A DNA stretch of 64,000 nucleotides from Octopus sinensis (lineage: Eukaryota), in the NCBI RefSeq assembly GCF_006345805.1, contig NC_043008.1:32612001-32676000 (forward strand), read 5' to 3'. The stretch's first letter is position 1. Each line of letters opens with the position of its first letter. A program made the translations under genes and the position numbers. This document shows positions 26,987-40,508 of the stretch, one piece after another. The notes beneath the pieces were generated by a model. That model searched no databases. It saw only the letters and a program-made list of their open reading frames with translations, and had not been told where the DNA came from.

Positions 26987-29900
26987 CCGTAGTTTTATTT
27001 TTATAGCATGCTTTCACTTCACTACCGAGCGCAGCTCTGTGTGCCTTGGGTATGTGTTGTGATTTGTTGTGATGCTCTGATGGTTATTGTATGGAAGGTG
27101 TTCTGTGTAGGATGTGTGCAGTGCCTAGTAGTGCAATTTTCTGTATGTTATATGTGTTTTTAAGTCCTGGTGTTTTTGTTATGTATTTGTCTGAATATTT
27201 GTTTATCATGCCTAATGCACCTACTATGATAGGAATTGTTTCTGTTTTTAGATTCCACATTCTGGTTACCTCTATTTCCAGGTCTTTGTATTTTGAAAGT
27301 TTCTCCATTTCTTTTAGAGACACGTTGTCATCTGCTGGTATTGATACCTTAATTAGAAAGCATTTTTTTCTTCATGATCTCTGACAACTATATCTGGTCT
27401 GTTGGCCTTAATTTCTCTATCTGTGTGTATCGGCATATCCCAGAGTATGGTTGCTTTCTCGTTTTCTGTGACCTTTTCTGGTGTGTGCCTATACCATCTT
27501 TTTCTGTTGTTATTCCATAATGTTGGCATAGCTTCCAGTGTATGTAGGTCCCAACTCTGTCATGTCTGTGAATATATTCCTTCTTAGCCAGGACTGGGCA
27601 GCCAGAGATAATATGATTTATTGTTTCTTGTCCATCTCCACATATTCTGCAGTTACTTGTTATATTTCTTTTCATTACATGTTTTTGGTAATTTCTGGTG
27701 GGGAGGCTTTGGTCTTGTGCTGCAATTAAAAATCCCTCTGTCTCTGCTTTGAGTCCTGAGCTTCTCAACCATTGCTGGGATTTTTCTTTGTCTATTTCTT
27801 TTGCATTTAGATTAGTCCAGTATTTACCATGAAGGGGCTTTTCTTGCCATCGTTTTATCATGGTTCGTTGCTGTTCTAGTTTTAGTTTGGATTTCATTTG
27901 TTTTATAGCTTTTGTTGTTTCTTCTTCTTCTCTTCTTCTTCTTCTTCTTCTTCTTTCTTCTTCTTCTTCTCTTCTTCTTCTCTTCTTCTTCTTCTTCTTC
28001 TTCTTCTTCTTCTTCTTCTTTCTTCTTCTTCTTCTTCTTCTTCTTCTTCTTCTTCTTCTTCTTCTTCTTCTTTGTTAGGTGGTATGATTTCTTGTTTGTA
28101 TTTGTCAGCTTCCTTAAATACTGAGGACAGTTTTTTGTTTTGCTCGTGTTTTGCCGCTATTTGTATCAGCTTTCCTTCCTTCTGAAGTAGATATTTTTGC
28201 AGTCCTATGGTGGCTATTTTATAGTAGTTTTCCAGCTGTATAAGGCCTCTACCACCTTCTATACGTTGTATATATAGTCTTTCTATGTCAGATTTTGGGT
28301 GATGCATCCTAGATCCTGTCATTATTTTTCTTGTTTTCCTATCTATTTTGGTCAGTTCATTTAGTGTCCAGTTAAGGATATTGTAGCTGTAACTTATAAC
28401 TGGGACAGCTAAAGTTTTAATACCTATTATCTTGTTTTTAGCATTGAGCTCTGTTTTTAGTATTGATCTAATTCGTCTATAATATTCTTTTTTTTATTTT
28501 CTCTTTCATTTGTGTGTGTTGTGTCTTATCTAGTTCATGGATTCCTAAGTATTTGTAAGTTTGGCTATGGTCTAATTCTTTTATTTCATTGGTTTTATCT
28601 AGTGTGATGTTGCTACTCTTAACTAGTTTTCCTCTTTTCAGGGTTACTTTGGCGCATTTTTCTAATCCAAATTTCATATCTATTTCTTTGGTAAATCCAT
28701 GAACTGTCTTTAATAGTGTTTCCAGCTGTTTGTCATTTGCAGCGTATAGTTTTAGGTCATCCATATATAAAAGGTGGCTGATCGTCTTGCCGTAACATTT
28801 ATACCCGCATCTAGTTCTATTTAGCATATCAGATAGAGGTGACAGTGCCAAGCAGAAAAGGAGTGGAGAGAGCGTGTCTCCCTGGAATATTCCTCTTCTA
28901 ATGGGGATGGCTTTGGTTTTCATGAGTCCGTCTTTTGTTTGGAGCTGTAGCACTGTTTGCCATTTATTCATAGAGTGTCCTATGTATTTTATAATTGTTG
29001 GTGCTACTTTGTTAATGGCTAGTGTTTCGAGGATCCATGTGTGGGGGATGCTATCAAACGCCTTTTTGTAGTCGATCCAGGCCATACAGAGGCCTTTCTT
29101 CTTTCTGTGGCTGTCTTCAGTTATGGCTTTATTGATCATTAGTTGATCTTTACAGCCATATGAGCCTTTGCGGCATCCTTTCTGCTCTTCTGGAAGCAGG
29201 TTGTTTTCGTCCAGGTGCTTGTTCAATCTTTGCGATATTACTGCTGTACTTATAGGGAGACAGGTTATAGGTCTGTAGTTTTCTGGTTTTGCTGTCTCAT
29301 TTGATTTGGGAATTAGGATGGTTTTCCCTTTCGTGAGCCATTCAGGCATTGTCTCTGGCTCTGCTAGTATGTTGTTAAAGTTTTCAGCCAGCTTTTTGTG
29401 CATTCCTGTTAGATATTTCAACCAGAAGTTGGGGATCTTGTCATGCCCAGGTGCCTTCCAGTTGCTTAGTCTTTGCAGTGCCTGGGTGACCTCTTCAGTT
29501 GTTATGGGGATCCAAAGTTGCTCTGATGCTGAGTTTGTTGTTTTAATACCCCTTTTTTTGGTTGTTCGTTCGCCGACCATATTTCTCTCCAGAATTCTTC
29601 CACTTCTTCTGCCGTTGGTGCTGCAGTGATTTCTATTTTATTTTTGTCAAGTTCTTGGTAGAACTTTTTGGAGTTGGAGTTGAACTTTTTGTTTTATTCA
29701 AAGAAACGTTGGCGATTCTCGTACCGGCGGATCCTTTGTGCTTTGGCAAGGATATCTTGCTTTTGCTTTTCTTTTATCTCAGGTAAATCTTTTTCTGTGA
29801 TGTTGTATTTGCGGAGTATTTTTGTTTTCTTTTTGTTGCTCAGAAGCGTTGGTTGTCTACTGACTTCATTAAGAATCGACAGATCGTTTCTCATTTTTTG

Positions 29901-31268
29901 TATTTTGCTTTGGATGTTATTTATCCACAGGGTTTGTTTGGGTGGTGGTACTCCTGTTTGGATGGGTTTGAGTGAGTATCCAGCTTCTTTTGTGGCTGCA
30001 GTGGCTGCTGCGTATACTAAGTCATTTAGCTCAGTGATATCGCTTTTTGTTTCAGTGGCATTAGTTCCGTGACGGCTAGGTTTATGCTGTTTATAATTGG
30101 TGTTGTTGTTTCGTCTATTTTGATTTTTGGGAGGTATGGTCGGTGGTCCATTTTGAGTTCTGTGGTTTTCAGTTCTTTGATTATTCTACTTTTTATAGTC
30201 TCATAATCATTAGGCTCCCCTTCGTTGTTTCCAGGTTTTAGATTTGTGTCACTTTCTTTCTTATTTGTATGTTTGTTTGTCGTGTTTTGGCTTGCTGTTT
30301 GTCGTGTATTATTATGCATCCTTACGGTCTGGGTTTGTTGTTTTTTGTTTACATTGTTTTTGTTGGAAATGTTACGTTTGGCTTCGTGTTTTACTGTTTC
30401 AGTGTTTATATTATTGGGCATTGTTGTGTGGCTTCTATCTACATTTTCCTGATGTATTTTTTCTTTTAGATGTTCTATTTCTATTTCTGATATTTTTTTG
30501 CGTTGAGAATGTATCTTCGTACGTTAGCTAGTTTATTAGGGTTCATTGCTGTGTCCAAGTCTATATTTATGTTATTTTCCTTCCATATTTTATATGTATG
30601 TGTTGTTGTGTTTTCATTCTTTGGATAGAGCACTGCTGTAAAGTAAGCGTGTAGGATAGAAATGTATTCCTCACGTGTCCATTTATGTCTTTTGGGTTTT
30701 ATTTGCGGGACATGAGGAACAACGTCCGGCCCATTATTTTAACGGTCGTCATTTTCGTAGGGTACCGGTCCGTTTATTTCTGTTGTCACATTGTTCTGCA
30801 CGTGTAGTTTTTCGTACATTTTATGTTGTAAGTTTAAAGTACATACTTCCCGATTGTTATTCTTGGGTTGAATATTATCGGTGTTATTTAATTTCTTTGT
30901 AGTTTTTTTGTACATGGTGTTTGGGGTCGGAGATGATCTGGTGTTGACGGATCGTAATGTTTCACGCATGTTTACTTGTATTGTGTTAGAGGTGGAGATG
31001 ATATCGAGTTAAAATACACCATTTCGTTTGGAAAATAGTAATAATTTCAATGAGTATTACTTACTCGGATGTAGTCCAATCCTTTGCTAAAAACAAGATA
31101 CGATGTCTTTGTTTTCGATGTTTGTGGATAGATTTCGGAGCGCTGTTTTATCGTTCTCACATCTTAAACGTCCCCGTGTTCTCTCTTAAACGTCCCGGTG
31201 TTCTCTCTTAAATGTCCCGGTCTGTTCTCTCTTAAATGTCCCGGTCTGTTCTCTCTTAAATGTCCCCG
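26987..31268 (-). mobile_element. Near-full-length R4/Dong-clade non-LTR retrotransposon in a (TAA)n target
   Basis: One frameshifted ORF from ATG 30969: N-terminal KWTREEY...LANVRRYI; RT (NWKAPGHD, NYRPITCL, IDYKKAFDSIPH, GIFQGDTLSPLLF, LLYMDDLKLY); thumb; CRICGDGQETINHIISGC knuckle; RHD; RPDIV...KLSKYKDL...PIIVGALG REL domain, ending at 27084. (TAA)n on the element strand at both ends. Confidence 0.92.
28477..29580 (-). pseudogene. Reverse transcriptase domain ORF fragment of the Dong-type LINE
   Basis: 367-aa open segment with the YMDD catalytic motif and RT subdomains 0-7, bounded by frameshifts. Confidence 0.9.
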
Positions 31269-31287
31269 ATTATTATTAGTATTATTA

Positions 31288-31359
<72 letters not shown>

Positions 31360-31410
31360 TATTATTATTATTATAATATTATTATTATTATTATATTATT
31401 ATTATTATTA

Positions 31411-31443
<33 letters not shown>

Positions 31444-31444
31444 C

Positions 31445-31606
31445 CTTTATACTATAGGCACAGGGCCTGAATTTCGTGACGCACGACTATCAATCACGTC
31501 GACCGCAGCGACCAGATGGTATTATTTTATAGACCCCGGAAAGATGAAAAGTAAAGTCAACCTCGGCAGAATTTGAATTCAGACTTTAAAGACGGACGAA
31601 ATACTG
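31445..31606 (-). mobile_element. Family-A SINE, degraded
   Basis: GACCCCGGAAAGATGAAAAGTAAAGTCAACCTCGGCAGAATTTGAATTCAG is the reverse complement of the family core. Confidence 0.7.
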
Positions 31607-32518
31607 CTAAGCTGATAGAGCATTGTCCTGATGAAACAAGACCCTTTTCATCAGTTTTGCTGGACGTTTAGTCCTGATAGCCATTCGTAACTGCTTCAGT
31701 AAATTGATATAGTTCTTTCCATTGATGGTGTGGCGCTTTAGAAGTTGGTCAATAAAATCAATGCCTTTGCATCGCAAAAATACTGAGGTCATTACCATCC
31801 CTGCAGATGAAACGACTTGGCAGCCTTTGGAGCAGGTGAGGAGAAGTGTTTCCACTGCAAGGATTATCACTTTGTCTCTGGCTCAAAGTGATGAACCCAA
31901 CAGTCACCCTGGCTTAGGAAACTGTCAAGGAAACCAGCTTGATCTGCCTCAAACAGTGTCAGATTTTCCCGTGATGTGATTAACCCGGTATACTTTTGGT
32001 CAGGTGTCACCCACCGAGCAGAAGCCTTTGTCATGCTAAGTTCATTGAGTAGACTATTCTCAACTGTTTCACGAGATATGCCAAAAGCGTTGACTATTTG
32101 ATGTATAGTCAATCGCCTGTCATCCGTCACTATATTTTGAACACGATCGACGTTTTCCTCGCTGGTAGTAGTTTCAGGACATCCAGACCTTGGGTCATCT
32201 TCAAGGCTCTTCCTTCCCCTCCTGAATTTAGCTGCTCGCATTTGCACTGTTGATAAACCTGGAGCGCCTTCTCACTAATGCAGCAACCATGTCAGCATGA
32301 ATGTCCTTGGGGGCTTAAACCCTTTTTCTGCTGCTACTTGATAACACTACGAAGTCGAATTTTGTCTATTTTCCAATGAAGAAGCTGCTCGTAAATTTTG
32401 AAGTCTTCTACATGAAAAAAGAAACATTGCAGAGATTAATACGAAGAGTTGGAATGAACGTATGCTCTAGTATCACTCCTTCCTAATCAGCCTATGAAGT
32501 TTTCAGTCTATCATCGTA
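31607..32518 (-). mobile_element. Mariner transposon, 3'-truncated pseudo-transposase
   Basis: FRRGRKSLEDDPRSG...DDRRLTI...SARWV...GDCWVHHFEPETK and AGMVMTSVF...TING..Y...VLFHQDNA motifs. TIR-like end at ~32491-32518. Confidence 0.85.
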
Positions 32519-33099
32519 ATACATTGCTCAGTTTAGTACGGCTACCACTGGATCCTTCAGTGTCTTTAGCAGAATCTTTCATTTCTGAGTCGTCGTTGAC
32601 AAACTCTGTGTGTCTGTGATGGAATTTTCGTGGGAGAATATAAAGATGGTTACTTATTGCCTTTCTTCGAATATATTTTTTATTTGACTTTATCTTGTTG
32701 GCTAAATACAGATAAGTTCGCTACACCTGCCAGCACACTATCAGAAAATAATAAACTGGAACCAATACGGCTCTAATAATTCTATTAATTTACTTCTCTG
32801 GATCGGTATTATATTTTCTCGGTTCTGGAGGAATGAACGGCAAAGTTTGCATCAGCTGGATTTGAACTCACAGCGTAAAGAGTTAGCAGAAATACTGTAA
32901 GACATTTTGTGCAAAGCTCTTATGATTCTGCCCTGAACTGGTTCTTTATCGATGGAGCTTTGTTATCAAGATTTCCGCCAAATGCAAACATTATAGGTAT
33001 AATTCAGTTTTTTTCCTTTAGTCAGAAATGAAAAATTATATACCCTATATATTATCTCTCACATTGAAGAATAGAAAATAACAATATCCAATTTAGAAG

Positions 33100-33720
33100 A
33101 CAAATAAGAATACAGGTAAAACATTTAGATATGATAACCTGGATTGACTGTTTGGTTGCCACCGAAGGCGGGATTCACATAAAAGCCATTATCCGAAAAT
33201 GTGTTAACGATTATACTTATCTACGAGACAGGATGTAGTGGCCAAAATCCAACTGTATAGACTTCATGTCCTAGAAAGTATAGTCCTGGAGACCAAAATA
33301 TAAAAATTTAGTGTTGTAGTGGCCAATAATCACTAATAATATGAAAGCGTACTCAGAGACTGTTCCTGTCAAAACTTGTGTAAAATGGTTGCGCAACTGA
33401 TCAGACGTAATGATCTGAGACAGAGAAAAATATTGTACAAAGTAATAGAAATCAATTGTCCAGCAGACATGAACATAATGTTGAAGATAAAAGAAAAAAA
33501 TCTATGGCGAACTAATGAATAATCGGCAGATATTACATCAGGACTGCATGCATTTGTGATAACTAGGGCAAATTAGGTAATTAACTGCTGCTGTAACAAT
33601 CTTGAGAAACTGGGCTTCACAAAGCCAGTAAGGAAACGGCTAGAAAATTACAATTACATGCTATTAATGGAACTGAAATTATGTTGCACATTCCAGAAGT
33701 TTAGCAAGTGATATAATGTG
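33100..33720 (+). mobile_element. Highly degraded REL-type LINE 3' fragment (same family as 621-1750)
   Basis: VPVKTCVK...DVMI*DREK...VIEINCPADMNIMLKIKEK resembles the reverse complement of 630-780. Confidence 0.55.
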
Positions 33721-35387
33721 ATGATTGCCACATCTTGTCAGATAATAGTCGTCTCACATTAATCCTGATTGTACTGATTTACTTTCATCCTTGCATATAC
33801 ACAGATATCCATCTCCATAGGATTTTATAGAATACAAAAGAGGATCAAGAAATGAAAGGATAGTGAGACGGTTCAATGTCTTTGGATTTAAGAGACAAAA
33901 GCTTGTTCAACACTTTAACCATTCTCTCTCTCGCCATGAATGTCCCAGTAACAAGCATTGATAACTGGTATTATTTTTATGCCAGAGTATCTTCCCTGTA
34001 AGAGAGCTACGTTCCACGACAGGGCCGAGGAGAAATGGTAATTAAAGGTTTTATTAAGTGGATAAGGGAGAAAAACATTTAATTTGAATAAAGCGACATT
34101 TTCAGTTTAATTAAACTGTGTCTGCTAACTCGTCAAATTCAATTACATACAAATAGATATTTAAATTTGGTAATTCTTGTGTATGAAGGGTCCACTGAAA
34201 TTGAAGTGTCCCGGATCCCTATGGTTTAAATCCACTCTTGAGTATATATGTGTGCATACGTATGTGCGTGTATATGCGTGTGTGTACACACAATAAGACA
34301 TTACGTACATATGTATATAAATATGCATGTATATACATATATCATGCATATATATGTACATATGTGTATGCATATATATGTGTGTGTGTGAGAGACAGAG
34401 AGTGTGGTGTGTGTGTGTCTGCGTGTGTGTGTGTGTGTGTGTGTGTCTGTCTGTGTGTGTGTGTGTGTGTGTGTGTCTGTCTGTATGTATGTATGTATGT
34501 ATGTATGTATGTATGTATGTATGTATGTATGTATGTATGTATGTATGTATGAACGTCTATACTAAAACCAATAAAAAGATTGGCGTAAATGCCTTGCAGA
34601 GCGGAAAATCTAACGTTTTGGACTGTTTCTTTCTTCAGGGAAAATTTGGAAAGTGAGAAATTAAAATGAGAGACAACAGAGTTGTACATCCTCCAAGTAA
34701 AAAAAAATAATAAATGGGTGCAGCTGATAAATAACGCAGAACCAAGAATTGGTAGGAGAAACAGTGTAAGAAGGAAGAAGGAAGGAATAATGGAATAAGC
34801 AGAAGCAGGCAAACTTGAGAGTGAGACAAAGAGAAACGATGAAACAAGAGCGGAGTTGAAGAATAAGAAAGGAATTAATGAACTAAGTGTTGGAGGAGAA
34901 GGAAAACAAACGTTTGTTTAAACCTGTCGGTGACATGGTGCCAAGTTCAAATAGGAAACTTTATTCCCTTTATTTCTTTGTCAATGTGGATCCATGGTAT
35001 GCGGTAGATCCGCATACTGATGAGTGAGTGATGGAATGGCCAGTCGTGTTGAAGTGGATGATGATAGGTTGTCCAAGCATACGTGACACATATATATACA
35101 CACACACACATATGTACATATACATATGTAGAAGAGGCTGTCATCTCTCAGTTCCTTATGAAAACTGCTACAATATAGAAGCCTACCCAAATGTATATCT
35201 TAATAGATCTCAGTGAATTAGAGAGAAAGAACGAGAAACTTGTTTAAAAAAACAACTGAGGGAACGCAATCTGTATCTGTGATGCAAAATAATGCATTTA
35301 CAGCATCTCATCTGTCAGGTACAGATGCTGGGTGAGTCGAAGCAATTGTAGTGGTTGGGATAAACATTCTCGTGAATGCTATTTTCG

Positions 35388-35419
<32 letters not shown>

Positions 35420-35514
35420 TACACATACATACATACATACATACATACATACATACATACATACATACATACATACATACATACATGTGTGTGTGTGTGT
35501 GTGTGTGTGTTTGT

Positions 35515-35765
35515 GGAGGTCCGTGGCTTAGTGGTTAAGGTGACAGCATCATGATCGTAAGATTGTGGTTTCGATTCTTGGACCGGGCGACGCGTTGTGT
35601 TCTTGAGCGAAACACTTCATTTCACGTTGCTCCAGTCCACTCAGCTGGCAAAAATGAGTAACGCTGCGATGGACTGGCGTTCCGTCCAGCTGGGGAACAC
35701 ATACGCCATTGAAACCGGGAAACCGGGCCCATGAGCCTGGCTAGGCTTTAAAAGGGCGCATTTAT
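35515..35765 (+). mobile_element. tRNA-derived SINE (third family)
   Basis: A box TGGCTTAGTGG, B box GGTTTCGATTCTT, central GCGATGGACTGGCGTTCCGTCCAG block, AT-rich tail. Confidence 0.75.
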
Positions 35766-36754
35766 TATATATTATATATCAAAAAAACATATAAGCACCG
35801 CGTGTGTCGGTATTCTACAGAGAATTTAGTAAATATCCTTTAGAAGTCGGAAAAAAGTGGGCAGCAAGCCTCTACAGAGAGGCTTACTGTCTTGTAATAG
35901 GTATTTACCTGACATTCTAAGCTGTCTTCACAACCTTTCTGCGTTCGTGAAATCCTTTATTTTTCTGTACAATAACACACACACACACACACACATGTAT
36001 ATGGAAAAAATCAAGCTTACTTTGCTTGTTTGCGTGTCCTCTACGCTGGTTTACATATACTATATCATAACCTTGATGCTGTGTGGACTGAGATCCCCAT
36101 TGACAGGCCGCTGGAATTATGTAAATTGTTAAATGCGTATGGAATACAAATTAATAAATCCAGTCCTCTGAATCTACCAGATTTGTAGTGAACATAAACA
36201 AATTGACAATTTCTGTGGTATTAGGCAACTGGCACAGACACCTCAAATGAAATACTTATAAAGTTCAGAAGTCTATCAAGGTAGTTCATTATACTTCAGT
36301 TTTTACGGAGAAATAGTTAAATTTGCTATGCATGTTTGTCTACTATGCAGGTATATATATGTATACTCATACATACACACTGTGATTGTAACTTGGAATT
36401 GAGTATCACTTCGTAGTATGTACCATGCTTTTAATAGGTGCATTAATTCTATCGGTACATCCAGAATATGATAGCTGGAGGATGACAGGATTACATCAGC
36501 TGTCAGGTAGCATACATTTCCCCATAGCAGATTTAAAAGACGTGATCATGCTGATCAGTCCAAGATTTTGGTGCCAGGAACTTTTGAATTTGTGTGTGTG
36601 TCGGTGTGTATTTATGTATGTTTGTTTGTATTACTAGGCCTTTGAAAGCGTATCTGTATAAATACATACATAGATACATACATACATGCATACATGCGTA
36701 GATGCACACATACTTACATGCATGCATACATACATACATACATACATACATACA

Positions 36755-36785
<31 letters not shown>

Positions 36786-37122
36786 GAATACTGTGCCATT
36801 GGGTTTTTAATCTCTGTGTGTATGTGTATGTACATAAATGTATGTTTGTTTGTGTTTGGGAGAGGCATATATAAAAGTGGGTGAAAGAGAGACAAAGATC
36901 GAGATAGAGTATTTCTGTGCTTGTGTGTGTGACTAGGCGAGGAATAAGTTGGTGTGAAAATTTCGTTCCTGGAATTATTTGTTACCGGCTGCCGTTATTC
37001 CCAGACAAGTTAACCGTTTTCAAATTATTTCAGTCGTAATAAATGCTGCATCAGAAATGGTGATAACGGTGTGAAACAGGTTCAAAGTAATTCTTGTGTT
37101 AACACGATCGCTTCATTTAATT

Positions 37123-37197
<75 letters not shown>

Positions 37198-37349
37198 GAC
37201 GACGACGACGACGACGACGAATCGACCCCAGTACTTATTTATTTTTAAGCCTGATATTTATTCTATTGGTTTTATTTGCCGAACTGTTAAGTACGAGGAC
37301 GCATACATACATACATACATACATATATATATATACATACATACATACA

Positions 37350-37428
<79 letters not shown>

Positions 37429-37479
37429 GTAGAGAGAGAGTGTGTGTGCGTGTGTGTTTGAAGTGGTATACATATATTG

Positions 37480-39775
37480 TATATTGAGAAAAAGGATTTT
37501 GATTTTGTCTTAATTGGTTCCAGAGGACACGACTTAAGTCGAAATAACCATTATTTAAATGTATATACATGTAATAGTTCAAACCTAAGCTAGCCTAGGT
37601 TGTTTTTATGTTAGCCTACGAATTCCGTAAATTGTTAGTCAAGCAAGCCTAGGCTGCTTTTATATGAGAAAGAAATCATTTCAAATACTGTACCGTTGCC
37701 TACCTGATGATTGACATCGGTGTTACCTGGAGGAGGAGGCGGAGATTACACACTAGATGTCGATGGCTGAGGGTCGTCAGCTGACTCCTCTTGTGATGGT
37801 GTAGACCGCTGTGCGAACTTGTCTAAAGTTCCTTGAATTATCTTTTTCTTCTCTTCAAGGACTAAGTAATAAGGTGCAATAGTATCTTGGCAACCCGCCC
37901 AGTATTTTTACAAAACGTTGTGCATTGGGATCCATTTCCTCAAATAAAGCAAGACACTTATCTAAATGAGAAAAAGCCTCTTGCATTTTCTTCAAAGTAA
38001 GACGACGAGGCTCAGGATCAGGTTTTTCTTCTTTTTCCTGTTGTTCATGAAGTTCCATCAACTCTTTGCTGTCAGGGGCTATTTATCTTTCTTAATTAAT
38101 TCATTAAAATCCTGTTCTTCCAACTCCATTTCCAGTTCATTGCTCAACTGCATCACGGTCTTGTTCACTTTAACACTGTTAAAGCCCTTAAAGACATTGG
38201 CAAATAATGGGCACGGCTTCTTCCACACCCCATTCATAGCCGTGATCGTCATCTCATTCCACGCAGCTGTCATGGTCACTATGGCTTTGTAGATGTAACT
38301 TTTCAAAAAGTTACGGACTGTGATGTTTCCGTCGACGTCAGTTGCAGATATTGCTTGGCGTAATGTAAGCTTCATATAATAGCACTTAAAGATAGCAATT
38401 ATCCCCTGGTCCATTGGTTGCAGTAGCGAAGTAGTGTTAGGAGAGAGGAAGATAACGGTGACTTTGGGATGGAAATTTCCGATGTTTTTCGAGAGGCCAG
38501 GAGCGTTATCTAAGACAATAAGAATTTTAAAAGGAATCCCTTTAGCCTTACGGTACATTTCTGCTTCAGGAACAAAATGATCGAAAAAGCCATTCTTCAA
38601 AAATAATGACTGTGACCCAAGCCTTTGAATTGGTCATCCATATTACAAGAAGAGAATCCTTGGGTATGTTCTTAAGAACTCAGCGGTTCGGCACATGATA
38701 CACAAGCTGCGGTTTTAGCTTACAGTCACCTGCACAATTGCCTCTCAACATTAAGGTCCAACATTCTTTTGATACTTTGTAGCCAGAAATTTGTTCGGTT
38801 AGAAATCCATTATCTTCAATAATCTTCGGTAAAGTAGCAGGAAATTCCGCTGCAGCAACATCGTCAGCTGATTCGTCTTCACCTTATTTTTAGGGAGAGT
38901 GCAATCCTGCCGCTGCTTAAACTTCATAAACCATCCCCAACCTTCTTTAAATTCTACGTCTTTCTCATCTGGATATTTCTTTTTAAAACCTTCAAGCAAA
39001 GACAATGGTTTCTTCTGAATTATTTCCTGACTACAATTTGCTTGCTAACGATTCTGCCTTTCAGCGCAAAGGGCATGAAGTTACTCCATCTCTTCGTAGA
39101 TTCCTCCTCTCTTCTTGATGATGGTGTTTGTCATCCTTGCAACCATCATCTTTTACATGTACTATAATCCTATCTCTATCGTACACAATCGTTGATACAG
39201 CCGTACGGCTCATCCCAAACGATCGTGCAATGGCTATAATCTTTTCACCTTTTAAATATCGTTTTATCATATCCACTTTATCTTCCAACAAAATGGCTTT
39301 ACGTTTACCACTTTCACTGGGATTCATCTTCTGAGCCATGGGACTAAAATGTAAATCACAAAAATAATTGTACAAAATTTTACAGCACTGTCGACGTGAA
39401 CACATAAGAAAAGCTCGTGGCTGGAGCACGAATGCCACCTATTGGAAAATATCTGAACCAGTACACTTGTTCTGATTTATATTGCCGTTAAACTGTAACT
39501 TCTATGGTCTTTGTTTTAAAATGAATTTTAATTTTTTATGATGCATACTGGATTTTAACATTAATTTTAATATGCTATACAGATTATATGTTTCTTTTGC
39601 TTTTTATTTATTTCCTGGAGACGAATACGAACGTAACCAATCGATACAACCCAGAACTAACAGTACAGTATAGTATGAATGTTATTAATGTTATTAATAC
39701 TGTATTTAATACTTATTTAATATTTTAGAAAGACCGACGTATCTTAGGAAATGACGTAAGTCGAACCACTTAACT
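37480..39775 (-). mobile_element. Pogo/Tigger-family DNA transposon with a frameshifted transposase
   Basis: CENP-B-type N-terminal HTH (KRKAILLEDKVDMIKR...IARSFGMSRTAVSTI), GWFMKFKQR, and DDE_1 motifs (KILIVLDNAPG...FLSPNTTSLLQPMDQGII). Subterminal GAC(T/G)TAAGTCGAA motifs near both ends. Boundaries approximate. Confidence 0.85.
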
Positions 39776-39777
39776 AG

Positions 39778-39815
<38 letters not shown>

Positions 39816-39913
39816 AAATATATATATACATATATATATATAGACAAACAGGCAGATATATAGATAGATATATAAATAGATAGATGGATAGATAGACAGA
39901 CAGACAAAATGAC

Positions 39914-39950
<37 letters not shown>

Positions 39951-40402
39951 CATACATACATACATACATACATACATACATACATACATACATACATAGG
40001 GGTGCAAGAGGTCTGGGTTCGGTAGACTTGGAAAGCTTCCCGACGAGGCAAAGGACATCTCCGAGCATAAAACGTCGCTGTCCCTGAGTACCTGTACAGA
40101 GGCTGCTGGTGTTGTTGTTGTTGTTGTTGTTGTTAAGCAACAAGACGAGTAAGGGTGATTAGGTGATGGTCTAGGTCTTAGGGGCGGGAGACCCCTGACC
40201 TTGGAAAAAAAAAACAACTTTGGTCGTCTTGTTGTAGTCGAGGGCTCTTCGTTGACGCCCGACACCACTGGGAGGTGGCCCTCGAAGTCGCTGGAAATGG
40301 AGATCTCCAGGTCCAAATTCTTGAACGGCTGCTGCTGCTGCTGCTACTACTACTACTACTACTACTATACTACTACTGCAGCTGCTGCTGCTGCGGCTAC
40401 TA

Positions 40403-40508
<106 letters not shown>

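Noticed and set aside
38079-39438. Domesticated CENP-B/TIGD-like host gene
   Set aside because: Multiple frameshifts and stops with transposon-like subterminal motifs; best read as a dead pogo/Tigger copy.
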